DNA from: Minisyncoccia bacterium | GTDB lineage: Bacteria > Patescibacteriota > Minisyncoccia > Phycocordibacterales > SBAW01 | DNA: 56,058 nucleotides | NCBI GenBank assembly: GCA_049997855.1 | Contig: JBEKSG010000001.1 | Coordinates: forward strand, 1 to 56,058 | Direction of reading: 5' to 3' | Shown: piece by piece, positions 8,707-21,748 of the stretch | How the letters are laid out: every line of letters begins with the position of its first letter | Position numbering within the stretch: the stretch's first letter is position 1 | Made by a program: the position numbers and the translations under genes | Notes under the pieces: model-generated | Told to the model about the DNA's origin: nothing | The model's database searches: none | The model's input: only the letters and a program-made list of their open reading frames with translations

Positions 8707-10170
8707 ATGCCCAGACATGCGGCGCGAGCAATTGGCGCTTCTGTACTTTTTGCTCTTATCCTGATTATTGGTAACACAGAGGTTTCTCAAAACATCGCGC
8801 TCGCGCAGAGCGCGAGCGCTACCTCCGCCTTAGCCGACAGCTCAGGCCTGCCTGCGCAGGCAGGTTCCGACCAAACCGCTGCCTACAAAGCGTCGCTTCA
8901 GGCTCAGCTCGACGCTATCAATGCGCAGATTGCACAGCAACAAAGCATTCTTAGTGGAGCCGAGGCGCAAAGTAAGTCGCTCCAAAACACCATTGCAATC
9001 CTTAACGCACAAATAAAATCGGCCAAGCTCGCGATACAAGCTCGCGACCTCACGATCCAGCAGTTGACCTCAAACATCACCGCAAAGCAGGACACTATTT
9101 TTGGTCTCAACACCCAGCTCAACGGCGAGAAGGACTCGCTCGCTGGTATCATGCGCGAAAAACAGCAACTCGAGAACGAAAGCCTGGTCGTGGTCATGCT
9201 CTCATCCGACAGCCTTTCGCAATTTTTTTCTGACCTCGACACATTTGACTCAATAGATAAAAGTTTGCAAGCGTCGTTTACGCAAATTAGCAGCACCACG
9301 GTTGCAACGCAAGCCGAAAAGGACGCGCTCGAGGCTCAACTTGAGCAGGAATCGCAGTTGCGCCAAGTACAAGCGCTCCAAGAGCAGCAGGTGGAGGCTT
9401 CGCAGTCGCAAGAAAACAAACTGCTTGCCGAAACCAAGGGCCAGGAGGCGGCTTACCAAAAGCTGATTACCGCCAATCAAAAAACTGCCACGCAAATCCG
9501 CACCGAACTTTTCCAGCTTAACGGCTCGGCGGCGATTCCGTTTGGCAAAGCGCTCGACTACGCCAATGCCGCAGCCGCCAAAACCGGCATCCGACCCGCA
9601 TTTTTGCTCGGCATCATCAAAGAAGAGTCCGACTTAGGCAATAACGTAGGCACCGGCTCTTACACGGTGGACATGAACCAGACCCGCGACGTGCCCGTCT
9701 TTTTGGCTATTACACAGAGCCTCGGGCTCAATCCGGCCACGATGCCTGTCTCCGCCAAGGCGTGGTATGGATGGGGCGGCGCGATGGGTCCGGCGCAATT
9801 TATCCCATCCACGTGGGCGCTGTATGCCGGTTATCAAAAACCTGCATACATATATAATCAGAGTGCCGATAGGATCGGTGTACTCACCGGCGACACGCCA
9901 CCCAACCCGTGGGCGCCACAAGATGCGTTTATGGCGGCCGCACTTTACCTCACCGACGATAATGCCGATGCCAAAACACCTGCCGCGGAGTTTAAAGCGG
10001 CCATGTGTTATCTTACCGGTTGTGGCAATGTCGACGACCAATCATTATGGTTTTATGGCAACCAGGTGCTTTGCAACGAACTGCAGTTCCAGCAAGACAT
10101 AGACACGATAACAGGGAGCAAAGACGCACCCGCCATGCAGAGCAACAGCCTTTATTACGGACAATGCTAA
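8707..10170 (+). CDS. secreted coiled-coil (CwlO/PcsB-like) protein with C-terminal lytic murein transglycosylase domain
   Basis: signal peptide, long Gln/Leu heptad coiled coil, LLGIIKEESDLG (catalytic E), GGAMGPAQFIPSTW, PNPW.PQDA. Confidence 0.85.
   Translation: MPRHAARAIGASVLFALILIIGNTEVSQNIALAQSASATSALADSSGLPAQAGSDQTAAYKASLQAQLDAINAQIAQQQSILSGAEAQSKSLQNTIAILNAQIKSAKLAIQARDLTIQQLTSNITAKQDTIFGLNTQLNGEKDSLAGIMREKQQLENESLVVVMLSSDSLSQFFSDLDTFDSIDKSLQASFTQISSTTVATQAEKDALEAQLEQESQLRQVQALQEQQVEASQSQENKLLAETKGQEAAYQKLITANQKTATQIRTELFQLNGSAAIPFGKALDYANAAAAKTGIRPAFLLGIIKEESDLGNNVGTGSYTVDMNQTRDVPVFLAITQSLGLNPATMPVSAKAWYGWGGAMGPAQFIPSTWALYAGYQKPAYIYNQSADRIGVLTGDTPPNPWAPQDAFMAAALYLTDDNADAKTPAAEFKAAMCYLTGCGNVDDQSLWFYGNQVLCNELQFQQDIDTITGSKDAPAMQSNSLYYGQC
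8847..8864. repeat. 18-bp perfect palindrome CCTGCCTGCGCAGGCAGG, in frame (LPAQAG)
   Basis: identical to 32513-32530. Confidence 0.9.
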
Positions 10171-10215
10171 GCCCTCCGGTTGCATGAGTCACTCTATATA
10201 TGGTATAGTCCTTGC

Positions 10216-10455
10216 ATGAAAACAGAGACGCATCCGGCATATTTCCCCGAGGCACAGGTAGTTTGCGCCTGCGGCCGTACCTTTAGTGTTGGCTCCACTC
10301 AAGAAAAACTTGAGGTTGAAATCTGCTCCGCCTGCCATCCTTTTTACACCGGCAACGAAAAAATCCTCGATGCCGCCGGCCGCGTAGAGAAGTTCAAAAA
10401 CCGCCGCCTGGCTGCGCAGGCAGGCGCTGCCGCCGTTAAAAAAGCTGCTAAATAG
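10216..10455 (+). CDS. rpmE: 50S ribosomal protein L31
   Basis: MKTETHPAY..VVCACG..EICSACHPFYTG..DAAGRVEKF; TATAGT 6 nt before ATG 10216. Confidence 0.96.
   Translation: MKTETHPAYFPEAQVVCACGRTFSVGSTQEKLEVEICSACHPFYTGNEKILDAAGRVEKFKNRRLAAQAGAAAVKKAAK
10407..10424. repeat. 18-bp palindrome copy (1 mismatch) in the rpmE tail
   Basis: cctggctgcgcaggcagg, encodes LAAQAG. Confidence 0.8.
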
Positions 10456-11436
10456 ATGAACGAAGAAGGGGATCTTTCCCGCTTTAAAGACAATCCAAAG
10501 ACCGCATATTTTTATGCGGAGTTTCAGCGCTTGCTCGAGGAAGAGGCCGAGGTCAAAGAGCTCTCGGGCGAGCTTGGCGACTTGGCCAAAGATGATTTGC
10601 AAAGAATAGCCGAACAAAAAAACGCGCTTGTTGCCGAGATGGAGCGCATCATGGTCGTTGAAGAAAAGGAGGAGGCTTTGCCCAACGAGATGATACTCGA
10701 GATACGCTCCGGCGTGGGCGGCGAGGAGGCTGCGCTTTTTGCTAGAGAGCTTGCTGCTATGTATCGCGCCTATGCCGAGACTCAAGGCTGGAGCGTTTCC
10801 GTGCTTTCCGAAGCTAAAACCGATTTAGGCGGCTACAAAGACGCTGTGTTTGAAATACACGGCCCCGGCTCATACGAGCGGTTGCGATTCGAAACCGGTG
10901 TGCATCGCATCCAGCGCATCCCCGCCACCGAAAAACAAGGTCGCATACACACCTCTACCGCGTCGGTGGCAATTTTGCCGATTCGCAAAAAACACAAAAT
11001 CGAGATTAACCCTGCCGACATCGAGATGGAGTTTAGCCGCGCGGGCGGCGCGGGCGGCCAAAACGTTAACAAGGTAGAGACCGCCGTGCGTATCGTGCAC
11101 AAGCCGACCGGTATCGAGGCGCGCTCGCAGAGCGAACGCAATCAGCTCGGCAACCGCGAAAAGGCCACGGCAGTACTCCAAGCCAAACTCGAACAATTGC
11201 AAGAGGATGAGGAGCGCGCCAAGCTCTCGAGCGACCGCAAAAGCCAAATTGGTACCGGCGACCGCTCTGAAAAGATCCGCACTTACAACGTGCCGCAAGA
11301 CCGGATTACCGACCACCGCCTTAAAGAGAGCTGGTCTAATCTGCCCAAGATTTTGGCGGGCGCCATTGGGCCGATACTCGACGCCTTGGCGACCGCAAAC
11401 GGTGGGGGCGAGGTAGCCGAAGAAGACATTGCATGA
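10456..11436 (+). CDS. prfA: peptide chain release factor 1
   Basis: [20 protein letters not shown] (PxT motif), [26 protein letters not shown]. Confidence 0.93.
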   Translation: MNEEGDLSRFKDNPKTAYFYAEFQRLLEEEAEVKELSGELGDLAKDDLQRIAEQKNALVAEMERIMVVEEKEEALPNEMILEIRSGVGGEEAALFARELAAMYRAYAETQGWSVSVLSEAKTDLGGYKDAVFEIHGPGSYERLRFETGVHRIQRIPATEKQGRIHTSTASVAILPIRKKHKIEINPADIEMEFSRAGGAGGQNVNKVETAVRIVHKPTGIEARSQSERNQLGNREKATAVLQAKLEQLQEDEERAKLSSDRKSQIGTGDRSEKIRTYNVPQDRITDHRLKESWSNLPKILAGAIGPILDALATANGGGEVAEEDIA

Positions 11437-11493
11437 GCCTTTTTCTTATGCTATATTCTACCCGTCCCTCGGGACGTTTTTTCTTTAAGCAGC

Positions 11494-12237
11494 ATGGATA
11501 AACAAGCAACTATAGACAAGCTTTTTTCAATCGGAGCGCATTTTGGCTATGCGCCTTCGCGCCGGCATCCGTTTGCCGCACGTTTTATATTCGGCAGCAA
11601 GGGAGGCAGCGAGATTTTTGATCTTGAGAAGACAGCCGAGGGCCTTGCAGGCGCGCTCGAATTTGTTAAAAAACTCGCGAGCGAGCGCAAAGTGTTACTC
11701 TTTATCGGCAGCAAAGCCGAGGCTCGCGTGCCGCTCAAACGCGCCGCCCTGCGCATCAACCAGCCGTATGTCGCCGGTCGCTGGATAGGCGGATCGCTCA
11801 CCAACTTTCAGGAAATAAAAAAACGCCTCACGCGCCTTGTTGAAATTACCGACATGCGCGAGAGCGGCGAGATTGCAAAGTACACCAAGCGCGAGCGCTT
11901 GCTCATGGACAGGGAAGCCACCGACCTCGATGCCATGTTTGGCGGCTTGCGCGGTATGACACGTGTCCCCGACGCGCTCTTTATCATCGACCCAAAGCAA
12001 GAAAGCGCCGCGGTTGCCGAGGCCACGCAACTCAAAATCCCCGTTATCGCGCTCCTCAACTCCGATTGCGACGGCAGCCGCATTGCCTACCCAATACCGG
12101 GCAACGACGCATCGCTCCAGGTTATCACCTACATACTCAACGAAGTTGCCAAGGCGTATGCCGACAATCTCGGCACGGAAAAACCCGAGGCAGACCTGCC
12201 TGCTCAGGCAGGGGCAATTCCGGCAGCGGCCGCATAA
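11494..12237 (+). CDS. rpsB: 30S ribosomal protein S2
   Basis: GAHFG, RWIGGSLTNF, PDALFIID, IPGND. Confidence 0.96.
   Translation: MDKQATIDKLFSIGAHFGYAPSRRHPFAARFIFGSKGGSEIFDLEKTAEGLAGALEFVKKLASERKVLLFIGSKAEARVPLKRAALRINQPYVAGRWIGGSLTNFQEIKKRLTRLVEITDMRESGEIAKYTKRERLLMDREATDLDAMFGGLRGMTRVPDALFIIDPKQESAAVAEATQLKIPVIALLNSDCDGSRIAYPIPGNDASLQVITYILNEVAKAYADNLGTEKPEADLPAQAGAIPAAAA
12195..12212. repeat. 18-bp palindrome copy (1 mismatch) in the rpsB tail
   Basis: cctgcctgctcaggcagg, encodes LPAQAG. Confidence 0.85.
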
Positions 12238-12255
12238 TAGTGGTACACTAAGCGC

Positions 12256-12711
12256 ATGGATATTTCGACGGATGCAGTTAAAGAGCTTCGCGACAAAACA
12301 GGCGTCTCCGTTATGGAATGTAAAAAGGCGCTCGTAGCAGCCGGAGGCGACATGCAAAAAGCGCTTGCGGTATTGGGAGAGCGCAGCGTTGTTATTGCGG
12401 CAAAAAAGCAAGATCGTGCGCTTGGCGCCGGCATCGTCGCTGCTTATGTGCACAACACCGCGCAAGTAGGCGCGCTCGTCCTTTTAAACTGCGAGACCGA
12501 TTTTGTCTCTAAAAACGAGGAATTTATTGCACTCGCGCACGATATTGCTATGCAAATTTCGGCAATGAATCCGGCAAATCACGACGAACTTATGCAGCAG
12601 CAATTTATCAAAGACCCGAGTAAAACAATCGCCAATCTTATTTCAGGCGCCGTGCAAAAATTCGGTGAGCGTATCGAACTTGGCGGTTTTTCTCGCCGCT
12701 CGGTAGTGTAA
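12256..12711 (+). CDS. tsf: elongation factor Ts (short form, 151 aa)
   Basis: VKELRDKTGVSVMECKKAL, LNCETDFV, follows rpsB. Confidence 0.95.
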   Translation: MDISTDAVKELRDKTGVSVMECKKALVAAGGDMQKALAVLGERSVVIAAKKQDRALGAGIVAAYVHNTAQVGALVLLNCETDFVSKNEEFIALAHDIAMQISAMNPANHDELMQQQFIKDPSKTIANLISGAVQKFGERIELGGFSRRSVV

Positions 12712-12747
12712 TTTACAGGACTCGGTTGCTCGATTATACTGGGGTTT

Positions 12748-13185
12748 ATGGCGCTTTTCTTTACAATCACGCTAGCTCTGTCCGTTGCAGGGATGCTGTT
12801 TCTTTTGGCTTTTAAACGCTACGAGCTCTTAAGCGGCACGGTCATATTTGCGCGCGGTCGTCCGGCAATCAGCAACTTTTTTAGGCAGACGCTTTGGTGG
12901 GTCGAAAAGGTTCTGCCCACGCTTATGCGCGCCTATAGCCGCCGCATTATGCGCTGGTGTAAAGCCGCCCTCCAGCGCGCCATTGCACGAAGTATTTTGT
13001 GGGTTGAACATACGCTGGAAAAAATCTTGCGCTCGGTGCGTGAAAAAACAGAGGCGCCACGCACTCCCGGCGAAGCGTCGGCGTTTCTCCGCGAGGTTGC
13101 CGAGCATAAGCGCAAGCTCTCACATCGTACGCACAAGCCGCATGCAACGGTAGAAAAAACGGCGGTGAAGGAAGAGTCATATTAG
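12748..13185 (+). CDS. hypothetical membrane-anchored basic protein
   Basis: N-terminal TM, basic C-terminus; TATACT 7 nt before ATG. Confidence 0.7.
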   Translation: MALFFTITLALSVAGMLFLLAFKRYELLSGTVIFARGRPAISNFFRQTLWWVEKVLPTLMRAYSRRIMRWCKAALQRAIARSILWVEHTLEKILRSVREKTEAPRTPGEASAFLREVAEHKRKLSHRTHKPHATVEKTAVKEESY

Positions 13186-13260
13186 CCAGCGTAGCTCAGT
13201 TGGTAGAGCGCTTCTTTTGTAAAGAAGTGGTCCGGGGTTCGATTCCTCGCGCTGGCTCCA
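13185..13260 (+). tRNA. tRNA-Thr (anticodon TGT), CCA encoded
   Basis: gccagcg/cgctggc acceptor, D-loop tagctcagttggtagagc, anticodon arm cttct-tt[tgt]aa-agaag, T-loop ggttcgattcc, 3' tcca. Confidence 0.96.
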
Positions 13261-13275
13261 AGTTTCAATATGTTT

Positions 13276-13956
13276 TTAATATCCGCTTGTAGAGGTTGCC
13301 GAGGTGCTCGTCGCAAGAGTGGCAAGCTCGGGTATCAATGCTTGCATGCTCTGCAGCGTTTGTGGGCCGTACACCGGCGGCCGATTGTTGACAATAATCG
13401 CAGGCAGTGTGTCTTGTATATCATGGAGCGATATAAGCGTTTTTAACGCCGAAAGGTCGAGATCGTAATCAAACGAGTACACGCGCAAACCCGGATATTC
13501 TCCGCGCAAGTAGGTAAGTATGTCGCCCACGTTTGAGCAGTCGGTGCATGTGCCGTTGTTGGTATAAAAATACAGCACGTATACCGGTTTTACATGGCAT
13601 TTTTCAGCAATGTTTTGCAATAAAATGTAATCTTTGATTTCCAAAAGAGAATATTGCTTTTTAAGTTGTATCACCTCCGGGTCACTATCGCCTAAGTTAC
13701 TTTCGGCTACCGAGAGCTGGCTTGCGAGTGAGTTGAGCTGGTCGGAAAGTACCGGATTTTGCGCGATAGTGTTGCAGTCGAGGTTCCCCAAGAGCTCAAA
13801 CTGCGTCTCGCTTGAGAGTATGTCTATGGATATGGAATCTTCGGTGGCGCGAATGCTCGCCACGCGCTCATCGTCAATTTTGGAGGCGACATAAAACGCC
13901 GTAATAAAAATAGCCGCCGTGATGCCAAACGCTAGTAGATATCGTTGCCATTTCAT
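13276..13956 (-). CDS. membrane-anchored protein with coiled coil and C-terminal thioredoxin-like CxxC domain
   Basis: N-terminal TM; YFYT...CTDC...LRVYSFD...LPAIIVN pattern. Confidence 0.65.
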   Translation of the reverse strand: MKWQRYLLAFGITAAIFITAFYVASKIDDERVASIRATEDSISIDILSSETQFELLGNLDCNTIAQNPVLSDQLNSLASQLSVAESNLGDSDPEVIQLKKQYSLLEIKDYILLQNIAEKCHVKPVYVLYFYTNNGTCTDCSNVGDILTYLRGEYPGLRVYSFDYDLDLSALKTLISLHDIQDTLPAIIVNNRPPVYGPQTLQSMQALIPELATLATSTSATSTSGY

Positions 13957-13968
13957 ACAGGTACTGTA

Positions 13969-15201
13969 TTAGCGCCACTTGCTTTCTTGCGCACGCACCG
14001 TGCCCCATGCCGCCCGCATGAGCCAAAGGGGAGCAATAAAACCAAACAATGCAAAGTAAGCGATCAACGCCTTTACCCCCAAGGTAGTTTTGGCGATGCG
14101 CTGGCCGAGGATGATGGCCACTGCGGTGCCGCACAAAACAGCGATGGCAACAAAGAACATCATGTTGGTGTTGATATAAAACCAGCTCAAGTGCTCCGTC
14201 GGTATATGCGGTGGTATGTGCGTTGCGGACATCTCCAATATCTTGTCCCACGCGTACGCTCCGGCGCGATATAAGGCATAGAGAGCGGTATACATGCCGC
14301 CTAAAAACGCCAACAGCGCAAAGGGCAATACGAGCATGCCAAAGTTGCCAAAGCGCCGATTAAAATACATATACGAGTAGTCTTGCGAGTTTTGCAAAAA
14401 TCCCTGCGACCAGCGCGTGCGCTGTTTGATAAGCGCCCATGGCGTTTTTGGCACCGTCGTGTATACAAACGCATTGTGCGCATTGGCAATCTTGAGTCCG
14501 TGCGCATGCATCCGAAACGCAATCTCCATGTCCTCGGTGTTGTGCGCGTGGCGGAAGGGTCCGATGGTCTCAAACACCTCGCGCTTGTAGATGGAAAATG
14601 GTCCGGGCAATACGTTGAGCGCCGCCAGGTTATCAAACATCTTTTTATAAAAAATACCAAAGGTATACTCAACCGCCTGCATGAGCTCAAGCATTTTGCG
14701 CGGGCGGTACACCTTCATCGCAGGAGTAATGGCCATAGTTGCCGGCTCGGCCTCAAACCGCTTTACTACCTCAAGCATCGCATCGGGGTCTACAAACGAG
14801 TCGGCGTCGAGACAACCGATAAGCTCGGCAGATGTACGCTCGATACCAAAATTCATGGCGGTGTACTTGCCGCCGTTTTCTTTATGCAAAAAGCGCACCT
14901 GGCTGTGCTCTCTCGCCATCCGCTCGCCGAGCATGCGTGTAGCGTCTTTGGAGCCGTCGTCAATAATAAAAATGTCAAGTTTGTCGTGTGGGTAGCGAAG
15001 CTCCAAAAGCGAGCGGACCGTATGCTCCAGCGTTTTTTCCTCATTAAAACAGGGTACCAGTACGGATACAGTGGGGTAATGATCCGGCAAGTCGTCTGTT
15101 TTGTCGGAAGGCTTTTTTTCGAGGTATGAGATAAGCAAAAAGACCTCAAAATAGAGTGCCGTAAACAAGCATATGTAAACCCCAAACGCCCCGAAATCCA
15201 T
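13969..15201 (-). CDS. processive GT2 glycosyltransferase (cellulose/PNAG synthase-like)
   Basis: VPCFNEE, DDGSKD, NGGK, LDAD, TED, QRTRW; TM helices at both ends. Confidence 0.92.
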   Translation of the reverse strand: MDFGAFGVYICLFTALYFEVFLLISYLEKKPSDKTDDLPDHYPTVSVLVPCFNEEKTLEHTVRSLLELRYPHDKLDIFIIDDGSKDATRMLGERMAREHSQVRFLHKENGGKYTAMNFGIERTSAELIGCLDADSFVDPDAMLEVVKRFEAEPATMAITPAMKVYRPRKMLELMQAVEYTFGIFYKKMFDNLAALNVLPGPFSIYKREVFETIGPFRHAHNTEDMEIAFRMHAHGLKIANAHNAFVYTTVPKTPWALIKQRTRWSQGFLQNSQDYSYMYFNRRFGNFGMLVLPFALLAFLGGMYTALYALYRAGAYAWDKILEMSATHIPPHIPTEHLSWFYINTNMMFFVAIAVLCGTAVAIILGQRIAKTTLGVKALIAYFALFGFIAPLWLMRAAWGTVRAQESKWR

Positions 15202-15241
15202 ATATTATACTATACCATTTTTACCAAATGAGGCTATAAAC

Positions 15242-16375
15242 CTAACGAACTTGCGCGTTGTATTGTGTTATCGTTGCCTGTTCGAGTTTTTTGTGGAACG
15301 TATCAATCTCTTCATTGGTAAAGGTGCGTTCATGTGAGCGATAAATAATGCGATAGGTATAGCTTACTTTGCCGGCGCCGAATTTAGCTTCATCGGCGTA
15401 CGTGTCTAGCAGAGTCACTTCCTCAATCAGATCCTCGCCAATAGTTTCGCGAATGAGGTCAAAGTAGTTGTTCGGCGCAAAATCGTTTTTGACAATAAAT
15501 GAAATATCGCGCACAACTGGCGGGTATTTGCTGACCTCTTTGTACTTATGTCCGAGCACGAGCTGACTCTTGACGCGTGGATCGTGTGACCACAAGAGCC
15601 GAATGTCGGGGAGCTCCATACTGATGATAGCTAATCGCTCGAGTCCAAAGCCAAAAGCCCACCCGTTGTATCCTTCGATGCCAAAATTTTTGAGCACCTC
15701 TTTGCGTGGCATGCCACCACCGAGAATCTCGATCCAGCGGTCACCTACTTGTACCTCAACCTGCAATGACGGGTCTGTGTAGGGGAAGATATCATCCAAA
15801 AAACGGTATATTACCCCTTTGCCGAAAAGCGCTTCCACTACTTCGGATAGAACTTTTTTGAGATCATCAAGGGTACACATACCCCTCGTGTCTGGCTGTA
15901 GATACCATCCGCCGAACTGATGAAATACATTCATGTGCCGGCTGTCTATTTCATCCTTGCGGTAGACTTTGCCATAACAAACCGTGCCGATCGGTTCGCC
16001 GCGCGCGGCGCGAGCTTGCACCTCAGGCAACATGAGGTAGTAGTACCACATGACCGTGTCGTGGGTGCGCAAGATATTTTTGTCATCGACATAATACGTA
16101 TCCGATTTACTGCGCGCTGGGTGGTCTGGCGCAAAGTTAAAGAGATCGAACGAAATATGCGTCGGCACTACCTCTGGGATAACGATGTTATCCAAATGTT
16201 GGAGCGACGGTACAGCGCAGGCGCGCTTGATGAGCTCAAAAAGCGGGCTACTCGGGGTGCGCGAGAGGTCGGGCATGGCGAGATAATGCTTGATGCGCAA
16301 GGCATCAGTATCAGTGCGGTCTTTGAGGCCTTCAATTATTCTTTTTTCTTCTGCAGTTGAAATCCGATACTCCAT
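15242..16375 (-). CDS. pheS: single-chain phenylalanine-tRNA ligase (PheS catalytic domain + FDX-ACB anticodon-binding domain; mitochondrial-type)
   Basis: DHPARSKSDTYY, LRTH, YRKDEIDSRHMNVFHQ, FPYTDPS, GWAFGFGLERLA, PDIRLLWS, then SKYPPVVRDISF...SYTYRIIYRSHERT. Confidence 0.92.
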   Translation of the reverse strand: MEYRISTAEEKRIIEGLKDRTDTDALRIKHYLAMPDLSRTPSSPLFELIKRACAVPSLQHLDNIVIPEVVPTHISFDLFNFAPDHPARSKSDTYYVDDKNILRTHDTVMWYYYLMLPEVQARAARGEPIGTVCYGKVYRKDEIDSRHMNVFHQFGGWYLQPDTRGMCTLDDLKKVLSEVVEALFGKGVIYRFLDDIFPYTDPSLQVEVQVGDRWIEILGGGMPRKEVLKNFGIEGYNGWAFGFGLERLAIISMELPDIRLLWSHDPRVKSQLVLGHKYKEVSKYPPVVRDISFIVKNDFAPNNYFDLIRETIGEDLIEEVTLLDTYADEAKFGAGKVSYTYRIIYRSHERTFTNEEIDTFHKKLEQATITQYNAQVR

Positions 16376-16458
16376 ACGCTCGTATAAACACTTCGTCACA
16401 GTACCACAATAGCTATATTTTGCAACTCTTTTTTGGCGGTTTTCCACTTCCAAAATAG

Positions 16459-19799
<3,341 letters not shown>

Positions 19800-19870
19800 G
19801 GCAAGAAGGTACCACAAACGAAGTAAGCTTGTCAAGCAGGTCGTAATGATGCACTATACTAGTATCTGGT

Positions 19871-20533
19871 ATGTCGGCAAACCGTCCGCACGCTAAAAAA
19901 AGTCGGGGAGTGATACCCGAAATAGCCGAGCACCCGTTTAGTTTCTCGGTTGCATTTTTGGCGTTCTTTTTTCTCTCCGTTGCGTTTCTCTCCGCAGTGG
20001 GCGATACACCCAATCCGGTTGAAAGCGATGTTAACGCCGTACCCGTAAGCGGTGGAGCGGTTGCCAACACTGCAACTCCGGAGGATGCGGTTCGATTGGT
20101 CGCCAAAGACATTGGCCTCAATGTTAACGTGATAAATCCAAGCTCAACCGACATTGATGTTCTCGACAACGACCTCACGCTGGGCGCGGTGCATTACCCA
20201 ACCTCTGCAATGCTCGGCGTCGACGGCACGGTACTTATTTTTGGGCACTCCTCCTATCTGCCGGTGGTGATTCATCAATACTACAAAACCTTCGACGGTA
20301 TCCAAGATTTAAAAACGGGGGAGATAGTGAGTGTCTACTCCGCCACTACCGAGTATCGCTACTCGGTCACCGGCGTGCGCGTGGCCGACTCGAGCGATTC
20401 AAGCGACAACCAGATACCGCTCCCGAGCGACAACAAATATCTCACGCTGGTCACCTGCGACTCCTTTGCCGCAAAAAGCAATCGTTTTATCGTGACCGCC
20501 ACGTTTGTCGGAGCGTACACATTGGCACAGTAA
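19871..20533 (+). CDS. sortase (membrane-anchored transpeptidase)
   Basis: N-terminal TM; GAVHYP..G..GTVLIFGHSS (His), F..IQDLKTGE, YRYSV, LTLVTC (Cys), NRFIV (Arg). Confidence 0.92.
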   Translation: MSANRPHAKKSRGVIPEIAEHPFSFSVAFLAFFFLSVAFLSAVGDTPNPVESDVNAVPVSGGAVANTATPEDAVRLVAKDIGLNVNVINPSSTDIDVLDNDLTLGAVHYPTSAMLGVDGTVLIFGHSSYLPVVIHQYYKTFDGIQDLKTGEIVSVYSATTEYRYSVTGVRVADSSDSSDNQIPLPSDNKYLTLVTCDSFAAKSNRFIVTATFVGAYTLAQ

Positions 20534-20587
20534 AAAATCCTAAATAGCGCTTATTTTAGGCCATATTTTAAGATACTTGAAAAGGGC

Positions 20588-20615
20588 TTGACAAAATTAT
20601 ATAGGGTGCTAATCT
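20588..20615 (+). promoter_or_regulatory. sigma70-type promoter
   Basis: TTGACA-16 nt-TAATCT with TG extension. Confidence 0.6.
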
Positions 20616-20674
20616 ATTAGCATACGTTCATTCAATCAGTCCCAATCTCGGGGCTCAAATAAGAGGGCACATCA

Positions 20675-21058
20675 ATGCTGAAGAAGTTAGTTTTCGCCGC
20701 GGCACTCGCGGCTTCGACTTTCGCCCTTGGCGGTTGCATGTCGTCGTTGATTCAGTCGCCGAGAATGGCGATGGCCGAATTCGGCCCCAGCCCGGGGCCG
20801 ATGGAAATCGGTCAGGGACCCCAGATCATTCCGGGGATTTATCCAGAGCAACATCGCGATCACCGTGAGATCGACACCGAGACTCTCATACGCGACGCGC
20901 TCAAGGAGATGGGTAAGCCGCCGCAAGCGGCGTCCTACCACTTTAATATCGGCAAGCAGCCACCGGCCGCAGCAGTGCGAGCTGGGTGCGAGGTTGTCCA
21001 AACGACCAACGTGGATGGATATTCCATCACGCGTCGGCGTTGTCCTCACGTCGGATGA
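20675..21058 (+). CDS. putative lipoprotein ORFan
   Basis: MLKK + hydrophobic stretch + LGGC lipobox-like site; SD aagaggg; followed by a terminator. Confidence 0.65.
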   Translation: MLKKLVFAAALAASTFALGGCMSSLIQSPRMAMAEFGPSPGPMEIGQGPQIIPGIYPEQHRDHREIDTETLIRDALKEMGKPPQAASYHFNIGKQPPAAAVRAGCEVVQTTNVDGYSITRRRCPHVG

Positions 21059-21073
21059 AGGACTTCCGTGGTC

Positions 21074-21114
21074 GGAGCGGCTGGGTTTTACCAGCCGCTC
21101 CCCACAAATTTTTT
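21074..21114 (+). terminator. intrinsic terminator
   Basis: ggagcggctgg/ccagccgctcc stem, then T-run. Confidence 0.7.
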
Positions 21115-21197
21115 CGTTATTGTTCGCTTGTGAATCAAAACTGATTTTCAGTCGAACTCTCACGAAAGAGAGTAGCATCACTCAACAGGAGACGACG

Positions 21198-21647
21198 ATG
21201 CGAACGTTCCTCATCATTATTGCAGCATTTGCCTCTGTTGTTTCGTTGGCTCATGCCAATGAAACCGGCACACCGAAATGTGATACGCTTTGCCAAGACT
21301 ACAAGGCGGCGCATCCGACTTCGCTGAAGGCGACGCCCATTCCGTTGGTCTGTATCCGCTTCAGGCAGGATGGAATCGACAATGTCGTCATGACGTTGAA
21401 GGATGGAAACGGCGGCGTCATTCGCGAATACGCCAAAACCGCGCAACCCGATGACCAGTTTTGCATCGGGCGCCAGTGGCTCGATGCACAAGCTCTTCTC
21501 AAAATCCAGCTGTGCAACGGCGTGAGGACAGAAATCCTTTCGCAAAAACACATCTTGATTTTAAGAGCCTCGGGAATGCCGGTCGGTTCGTTTGCCTGCC
21601 TCTTTGGGGGAGGCAAATGCAACCAACTAACGAAGGTTGTTCCATGA
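21198..21647 (+). CDS. secreted Cys-rich ORFan (149 aa)
   Basis: MRTFLIIIAAFASVVSLAHA signal peptide; SD caggaga; 7 Cys. Confidence 0.7.
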   Translation: MRTFLIIIAAFASVVSLAHANETGTPKCDTLCQDYKAAHPTSLKATPIPLVCIRFRQDGIDNVVMTLKDGNGGVIREYAKTAQPDDQFCIGRQWLDAQALLKIQLCNGVRTEILSQKHILILRASGMPVGSFACLFGGGKCNQLTKVVP

Positions 21648-21708
21648 TCTCGAAGGATTCGGGCTGTGAACTCAAACGTTCACGGTCCGGCCTTCATTTT
21701 TTAAACAC

Positions 21709-21736
21709 TTGACATTAATAAAATTATAAGTATAGT
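21709..21736 (+). promoter_or_regulatory. near-consensus sigma70 promoter for VPYTG protein 1
   Basis: TTGACA-16 nt-TATAGT, 12 nt before ATG 21749. Confidence 0.75.
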
Positions 21737-21748
21737 GGAGCCGTTATT

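Noticed and set aside
13185-13275. Integrative element at tRNA-Thr
   Set aside because: I saw no duplicated tRNA 3' end (att site) and no integrase in the window.
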